Origin: an uncultured bacterium
GTDB taxonomy: Bacteria; Patescibacteriota; Minisyncoccia; UBA6257; 2-01-FULL-56-20
Direction: 5' to 3'
NCBI GenBank assembly: GCA_963844965.1
Contig: CAWJQC010000007.1
Location: forward strand, 32,001 to 96,000
Length of the DNA: 64,000 nucleotides
The notes under the pieces were generated by a model. That model did no database searches and was not told the origin of the DNA. It was given only the letters and a program-made list of their open reading frames with translations. Positions 58,952-64,000 of this stretch are shown piece by piece. The stretch's first letter is position 1; the number at the start of each line of letters is the position of its first letter. The position numbers and the translations under genes are program-made.

Positions 58952-59730
58952 CGGAAAAGCGGAACAAGTCCGCCATGGCGCGGGCCATGGGCGTCTCGCG
59001 GGCATCGCTCTACTACGTATCACGGCAGGACAAGAAAGATTGGGCGCTCAAGATCCGCATGGAAGAAGAATTGCAGCGCCATCCGGCATACGGTTCCCGG
59101 CGCTTGGGACAAGCTCTGGGCGTGAGCCGTCCGCGAGCGCAGCGCGTCATGCGAATCTTCGGCATAAGGCCGTACCGGAGGCGAGGCAGGAAATACCGGA
59201 AATCAAAGGCATCGCGGGCCTTTCCGAACCTCTTACTTGCCATCATGCCCTCGTACGCGAACCACGTCTGGGCAACCGATTTCACGGAGTTCCTGTATCG
59301 CGGCAAGAAAGTGTACGTGTCCACGATACTCGATCTTTTCACGAGACGATTGATGGGCGTCCATGTGGCGTTGCGGAAAGGATCGCCCCTCACGATACAG
59401 ACCCTGGCCAACGCGCTTTTCCACCATCCGCATCCGGTCATCTTCCATTCGGACAACGGCAGCGAGTACAAGGCACGAGCGTTCACCGATACACTGGGGG
59501 ACTGTGGCATCACGATCTCGCGGTCGCGGCCCGGTGCCCCATGGGAAAACGGCTACCAGGAATCGTTCTATGACAAGTTCAAGATTGACCTCGGTGATCC
59601 CAACCGGTTCGGGACCTTCGGCGAGCTCGTGGCGGAGATCTACAGCACCTTGTGGCAGTACAACCACACGCGGATCCACTCCGCCCTCAAGATGCCGCCG
59701 TCCGTGTTTGCCGAGAAGATTGCGGCTTAA
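58948..59730 (+). CDS. IS3 transposase OrfB
   Basis: Identical to the other copies. Confidence 0.85.
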   Translation: MTEKRNKSAMARAMGVSRASLYYVSRQDKKDWALKIRMEEELQRHPAYGSRRLGQALGVSRPRAQRVMRIFGIRPYRRRGRKYRKSKASRAFPNLLLAIMPSYANHVWATDFTEFLYRGKKVYVSTILDLFTRRLMGVHVALRKGSPLTIQTLANALFHHPHPVIFHSDNGSEYKARAFTDTLGDCGITISRSRPGAPWENGYQESFYDKFKIDLGDPNRFGTFGELVAEIYSTLWQYNHTRIHSALKMPPSVFAEKIAA

Positions 59731-59862
59731 CGAAAAAAAACGGCAAAAAGCCGTCGAATCACTGTCTAAAGAAACCTATCCTTTACATCGGGCAAAAAGT
59801 TAGAGTTTACAATGCGAAAACCGTTTGATGCGGTCCTCGAATTGGCTACTTGTCCAACTGGG

Positions 59863-59933
59863 CTCCGGCGCCTGGATTCGAACCAGGAACCTTCTCCTTA
59901 ACAGGGAGCCGCTCTACCGTTGAGCTACGCCGG
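59863..59933 (-). tRNA. tRNA-Asn (anticodon GUU)
   Basis: Reverse complement folds as acceptor tccggcg/cgccgga, D arm gctc-aacggta-gagc, anticodon loop cuGUUaa, T arm cctgg-ttcgaat-ccagg, discriminator G. Confidence 0.8.
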
Positions 59934-60087
59934 AATCCTTATTCTTATTAATGTATCAAAAAAACAGATTTTTTTCAATCTCGCCAGCCGCAATGCTGCG
60001 AGATCATACTTTAATGTTGAAAAAAAAGAAAAAAGCCGAGTGGTTGGAAAAGTTAGGAAAGGCGGCGTAAAAATTAAAACGTCCCGG

Positions 60088-60831
60088 TTAGAATCGGGGC
60101 GTTCTTGTTTGGTGCCAGGCGCGCAATTTTTTCCAGGCGAGCTTTAATATCTTCGTTTCGTCAGTGACGTCAGTGAACGGTATTGGAAAAGCGTTGAGTA
60201 CGATAAGGAAGATAGAGAAGAATCCTCCAATAATTAGCCACACAACAATATTGCCGTAGTCAGGGGCGGATGTCCCTGCGGCGTGCGCGGTAGTGGTTGT
60301 GACGGCGTTGTGGTGGATTATAAAAGCGCAGAAGGTGTAGTAGGAGAGAAGTCCGGCGGCTATCGGGCCAAGAAGCGGCAATACGTAGGCACAGAATATT
60401 TTTGAGAAAATAATCAATACGGAAATTACCGCGCAGCTCGCGGCGGCAATTATCATAAACCACTGGTTTTTTGGACAGTAGCCGATAAGGAAAGCGGCGG
60501 AAAGCAAGGTTATTCCGAATACAATATTTGCTAACATGCCGGCTCCGTGAAAAAGAGCAGCGTCTTTGTATGCGAGTTTCCCGAATTTCTCTGTGGTATC
60601 GGGCGACGTTTCAAGGTTGATTCCAACGAAAAATAGTGGATTTATTGTTATCGGATATTTGCGGAATTTCAGCTGCAAGGAGGGGAGCCATTTTATTTTC
60701 ATGCCTAAGCCGATTTTCACTATTTTTATGCCGAGATTGCGCATGGCAAGCCAATGTCCAGTTTCGTGTACGGCGGCAACCAAAGCGATCAAAAAGACAG
60801 TAGAAATAATGGGTAACACAGCAGCCTCCAC
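60088..60831 (-). CDS. Site-2 protease-like M50 zinc metalloprotease (membrane)
   Basis: HETGHW (HExxH) in the first TM region; multiple TM helices. Confidence 0.65.
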   Translation of the reverse strand: MEAAVLPIISTVFLIALVAAVHETGHWLAMRNLGIKIVKIGLGMKIKWLPSLQLKFRKYPITINPLFFVGINLETSPDTTEKFGKLAYKDAALFHGAGMLANIVFGITLLSAAFLIGYCPKNQWFMIIAAASCAVISVLIIFSKIFCAYVLPLLGPIAAGLLSYYTFCAFIIHHNAVTTTTAHAAGTSAPDYGNIVVWLIIGGFFSIFLIVLNAFPIPFTDVTDETKILKLAWKKLRAWHQTRTPRF

Positions 60832-60967
60832 ATAAAATATAAAAGCAACGCTGTTTTATTTATACAGCAGGCGCGATTTTTTGTATAGTCGACGGTTTAT
60901 CGGTGGCAAGCGATCAGCCACGGGTAGTTGTGCGGCAGGCGCGATTCTTCCGGCGCGGTATCTTTGG

Positions 60968-63274
60968 TTAGGAAGTATATTTGGCCAGATTTTCGTCGCC
61001 GATTTTCGCCACGGCCTCGTCTATTTCGCAAACGCCGCCGACGCACGCCAATTCTTTCTTTACGTCCGTTTCATCATCTTTCTCGTAGAGAAGGATCTGC
61101 GAGAAATCTATCTCGGGCATTTTCGCTGCCATTTCTTCGTACCTCTCTTTCGTGATCTCTTCGTACGGCGCGAGAAGGTAAGAATGGTCGTCGCGCGGCA
61201 GGAAAGAAAGTCCGCCGATTATTTCCCAATTGTCGTAGACCCAGTTCGCAACTCCGATCCATTCTTTATCGCCGACGGAAATGGTCACCGAAGGATTGTG
61301 CTCCGTGTAATTCACCTTCACTTTTTTCCAGTAGTCCAGTTGTTCAAGCGCGGTGAGGTCGTCTTTCACGACGGCTCCTTCCGGCGACTTTATGGGGAAT
61401 TCAATCACGAAAGTGTTTGCCGCGTTCGTTGATTGTCCGACTTCCGGATAGTAGGGGATCTTCTGGTCCTTGAGCATTTGGAAGAGAGCGTCGGTGGAAG
61501 CGATGCGCACGCGCCGGATGTAATACTTGGAGTGACGCGGATGGAGGCCGGAAGAGGCGTCAACGGTTTGCGAAAGATTTCCGGATGGTTTGATGCAGGT
61601 GATCGCGGCGGAGGGGTTGATGCCGAACCTCGCTGCATATTCCTTATTGACTTCAATGGCGCGATTCAGCAGTTTGCGGAGCGTTTGTTCGTTCCTCACT
61701 GCTTCGCAATCCCATTGGCCGGTGATGGAGACACCAAGGAGTCGCTCCTCGTCGCAGTGTTTTTTCCATTCGCTTGAAAGGAAAGGAAAGTTTGTGAGCG
61801 TTGACTGGTATGTCCCCAAAATCGTGGCCAAGCTGATTTTTTTGAGCAGGGTTTCTTCGGTGTCCTTGGCGCGGGCGACAACTTCCGACAGATTGCAGAA
61901 TTCCTTCGGCTCAAGAAGTATTTCGCCGCAGGGATTTGTACCGATTTTTGAGATATAGGGTTTTATTGTTTTGCGGCGACGCTCGGGAATTTGGTTTAAG
62001 ATGCTACCGCGGTTGAATATGCCGCGCTCGCCCGTGCCGCTTCTCGCCAAGGCGAGCCATTCTTCCAAGAATTGCGTCGCGCTCGGCTTTTCGGTATAGA
62101 CGGCGGAGTTGTTGGCCATGGAGCGCTGCGGTTCTGTGATGTAGAATTGTCCTTTTTTCGCGTCGCGCATTAGTGGATCGTCCAGATCGGAGAGGGAGAT
62201 CATCGCGCTCCTTCGCACGCCGCCCGACACCACGACTTCGCCGATCTTGCAGATGATGTCGTGGACGTCAATGTTCGAGAGCCGCTTGTTCTGGTTAGCC
62301 AAAATTTTGCGGCGGGTGAAATCCAAGAGCGCGCGCAACGGTTCCGGTCCAGAACTTTTGCCTCCCATGGTCTTAAGGCGAGCTCCCGCCGGCCGGAGTT
62401 TTGAATAGTCAAATGTGATATCTTTGCCGCCGAACCAAGCTTTGAGGCCGAACGTGAGTGCTCCGCACCATCCTTCCTTGCTGTCCTCTATAATGTGGGT
62501 CGGCAATTTTTTTCCGGTTTGTTTTTTTATTTGCGGGAGTTGCTGGACTGATTGGCTTTCAACGCTGAAGCCCGCGCCGGTGCCGCACATGGAGATGTAC
62601 ATGATCTCAGCGAAGTCCTCGAGCTTCTCCGGCGTTATGAATGAGCAATTGAAAGCGGCGACGTTCGTCGCGCGCGCCGCGCGGCCCGCGAATTGCAGAA
62701 GCCGCATTGAAGGCATCGCTTCCTGACGGAGAATTCCTTCGCGCAATTCCGCGTATTCATCGTCGTTGAGCTTCCCTCCAAGATTTTCTTTCATGAAGTT
62801 CATGTAGCGGTCAACGGTCTCTATCCAGGTTTCGCGGCGGCCTTCCTCGTCTACCCAACGGGAGTAGGTGCGGTAATACACGAACTCGGCGAGCTGATTT
62901 CTGAAATATTTTTTGCTTTCGGCGGCAAGGTGCGCGACGTGTTCCGGGATCTGTCTCCTTTGTTCCCTGATTTCGGCGCGCTTTTTTCTGTATAAGATGT
63001 AGGCTTTCGCGGTTTTGGCGAAGTCCATCATCACGAGCTGTTCCTCAACGACATCCTGTATCTCTTCAATGGAGGGAACATGGTCTTTGTCAATTTTTTT
63101 TGCGAGCGAACTTATCACCTGGTCGGCGACTTTCTCCGCGTCGTCCTTCGGATCGCCTTCCTGAGCCGCCTGCATCGCGCGCGAAACTGCGCTTACTATT
63201 CTCGTTTGATCAAAAGGCGCGATTCTCCCATCGCGCTTTCTTACTTCCGTGAACGGAAACTTCTTGAAGAGCAT
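60968..63274 (-). CDS. nrdJ: Class II (adenosylcobalamin-dependent) ribonucleotide reductase with N-terminal ATP-cone
   Basis: ATP-cone VRKRDGRIAPFD..; RNR class II core ..NCSFI..MCGTGAGFSV.., C-terminal CxxC pair. Confidence 0.85.
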   Translation of the reverse strand: MLFKKFPFTEVRKRDGRIAPFDQTRIVSAVSRAMQAAQEGDPKDDAEKVADQVISSLAKKIDKDHVPSIEEIQDVVEEQLVMMDFAKTAKAYILYRKKRAEIREQRRQIPEHVAHLAAESKKYFRNQLAEFVYYRTYSRWVDEEGRRETWIETVDRYMNFMKENLGGKLNDDEYAELREGILRQEAMPSMRLLQFAGRAARATNVAAFNCSFITPEKLEDFAEIMYISMCGTGAGFSVESQSVQQLPQIKKQTGKKLPTHIIEDSKEGWCGALTFGLKAWFGGKDITFDYSKLRPAGARLKTMGGKSSGPEPLRALLDFTRRKILANQNKRLSNIDVHDIICKIGEVVVSGGVRRSAMISLSDLDDPLMRDAKKGQFYITEPQRSMANNSAVYTEKPSATQFLEEWLALARSGTGERGIFNRGSILNQIPERRRKTIKPYISKIGTNPCGEILLEPKEFCNLSEVVARAKDTEETLLKKISLATILGTYQSTLTNFPFLSSEWKKHCDEERLLGVSITGQWDCEAVRNEQTLRKLLNRAIEVNKEYAARFGINPSAAITCIKPSGNLSQTVDASSGLHPRHSKYYIRRVRIASTDALFQMLKDQKIPYYPEVGQSTNAANTFVIEFPIKSPEGAVVKDDLTALEQLDYWKKVKVNYTEHNPSVTISVGDKEWIGVANWVYDNWEIIGGLSFLPRDDHSYLLAPYEEITKERYEEMAAKMPEIDFSQILLYEKDDETDVKKELACVGGVCEIDEAVAKIGDENLAKYTS

Positions 63275-63598
63275 GGTGATAACGATAAATCTGTTTTTTC
63301 AACCCAATATGATTTTAGCACGTCAAGCTATCCGCTTTTCACGGAAACTGGGGATAACTTTCGCCTGGATATTGAAGTCCGGCTCGGATCCGGGAAATTT
63401 TTACCCCAGATACACATTTTGTGTATGGCATGAACCGTTCGCACTGCCATTTCAATGGAAATACGCTTGGAGGCGCTGGTAACTGATGTTTTTTGTCGGT
63501 GCGGTGATTTTTTTGGGGGCGTATTGACGCGAAGAGGCCGTCTTTGATAGGGTAGTGGTGATTTTATTTGGGATTCCGTGTGTTAGATTCCCGCGAAT

Positions 63599-64000
63599 AT
63601 GGACACTTTTGGCTTGGAAGAAGAAAAACAAAAGGAGAAAAATAGCCGCAGATTGCGATTCGTGCTTATTATTGTTGTGGTCGCCGCCGTTTTGGTGGTT
63701 GGCATATGCGGATTTATTTACGGATTTGACGTACCGGAGGCATTTTTGAGCAAAACCGCGGCTTTGACGCTTAATACGTTCCGTGATGTGCTTGGTTCGG
63801 GAGGCGGAGGAAAATTGGCCTTCGAGATTGACATGAGCGGCGAGCCGCAGTCGTCTTCGCCGCTGTCCGCGATTTCCGAAACGGCGTCATCCGGCGCCGT
63901 CCAAGATTACGCGAGCGGTGAAATGGTCTCCGTGTCTCAAATTTTGAATGCGAGCGGCGAAAAAAGCGCGGCTTTGGGCGGCTCCAACGGGGAATCGTCA
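63599..64000 (+). CDS. 5' part of a membrane-anchored hypothetical protein (runs off the window end)
   Basis: ATG at 63599; open to the window end; TM helix LRFVLIIVVVAAVLVVGICGFIYGF. Confidence 0.4.
   Translation, partial: MDTFGLEEEKQKEKNSRRLRFVLIIVVVAAVLVVGICGFIYGFDVPEAFLSKTAALTLNTFRDVLGSGGGGKLAFEIDMSGEPQSSSPLSAISETASSGAVQDYASGEMVSVSQILNASGEKSAALGGSNGESS

Larger units (their letters stand above)
58634..59787 (+). mobile_element. IS3-family insertion sequence, copy 4
   Basis: Identical 1154-bp element, inverted relative to copy 3. Confidence 0.9.

Noticed and set aside
9400-59787. Possibility that the repeated ~1.15-kb units are a CRISPR array or prophage repeats
   Set aside because: The units are 1154 bp, encode transposase ORFs and have TG..CA inverted termini, so they are IS elements. 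No short regular repeat-spacer array exists anywhere in the window

Overview
This 64-kb window appears to come from a small-genome uncultivated bacterium. It combines reduced housekeeping genes (hisS, ftsA, ftsZ, lepB, pth, ybeY, bS21, class II RNR, RmuC) with a competence-like type IV pilus cluster and extra Zn-finger insertions in core enzymes. I take that combination as suggestive of a Candidate-Phyla-Radiation/Patescibacteria-like lineage; this is inference from gene content only.

The main system is a diversity-generating retroelement (DGR) at 265-6737. It has a reverse transcriptase with the DGR-specific ..GNLTSQ.. motif, a divergently placed Avd-like gene, a 106-bp template repeat, and three tandem/paralogous target genes. 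In all three targets the C-terminal FGE-sulfatase/C-type-lectin-fold variable regions differ from the template only at template adenines. The DGR sits between a vWA+HExxH protein and an AAA_5-type ATPase.

The second major feature is four identical copies of a 1154-bp IS3-family insertion sequence (orfA/orfB joined by an A_AAA_AAG -1 frameshift site, TG..CA imperfect terminal repeats). They form two inverted pairs with IRL ends facing inward:
- 9400-14927 encloses a ParB-nuclease/DNA-methyltransferase fusion plus unknown genes.
- 54588-59787 encloses a large SF2 (DEAH, Res-like) helicase truncated by the insertion sequence.

An IS481-like DDE transposase remnant and an IS200-family TnpA lie next to copy 2, just upstream of an odd tRNA locus: a clean tRNA-Ile(GAU) bracketed by an 11-bp inverted repeat, then a CCA-ending tRNA-like module.

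Other observations:
- a dCache sensor domain fused in frame to a type IV pilin, three pilin paralogs with a conserved upstream element, and a PilB/PilC/pseudopilin/PilM-N cluster;
- a secreted protein built from nine C-x5-C-x3-C-x8-C repeats, flanked by 55-bp direct repeats;
- a MacAB-like efflux system and an ECF sigma/anti-sigma pair;
- at least six conserved genes interrupted by apparent frameshifts (pilC at T6, pilM at A5, pth, the MacB-like permease with two compensating indels, mgtA, the IS481-like tnp). I cannot tell sequence error from real decay without reads.

No CRISPR array and no rRNA are present. Two tRNAs are well supported: Ile-GAU and Asn-GUU.
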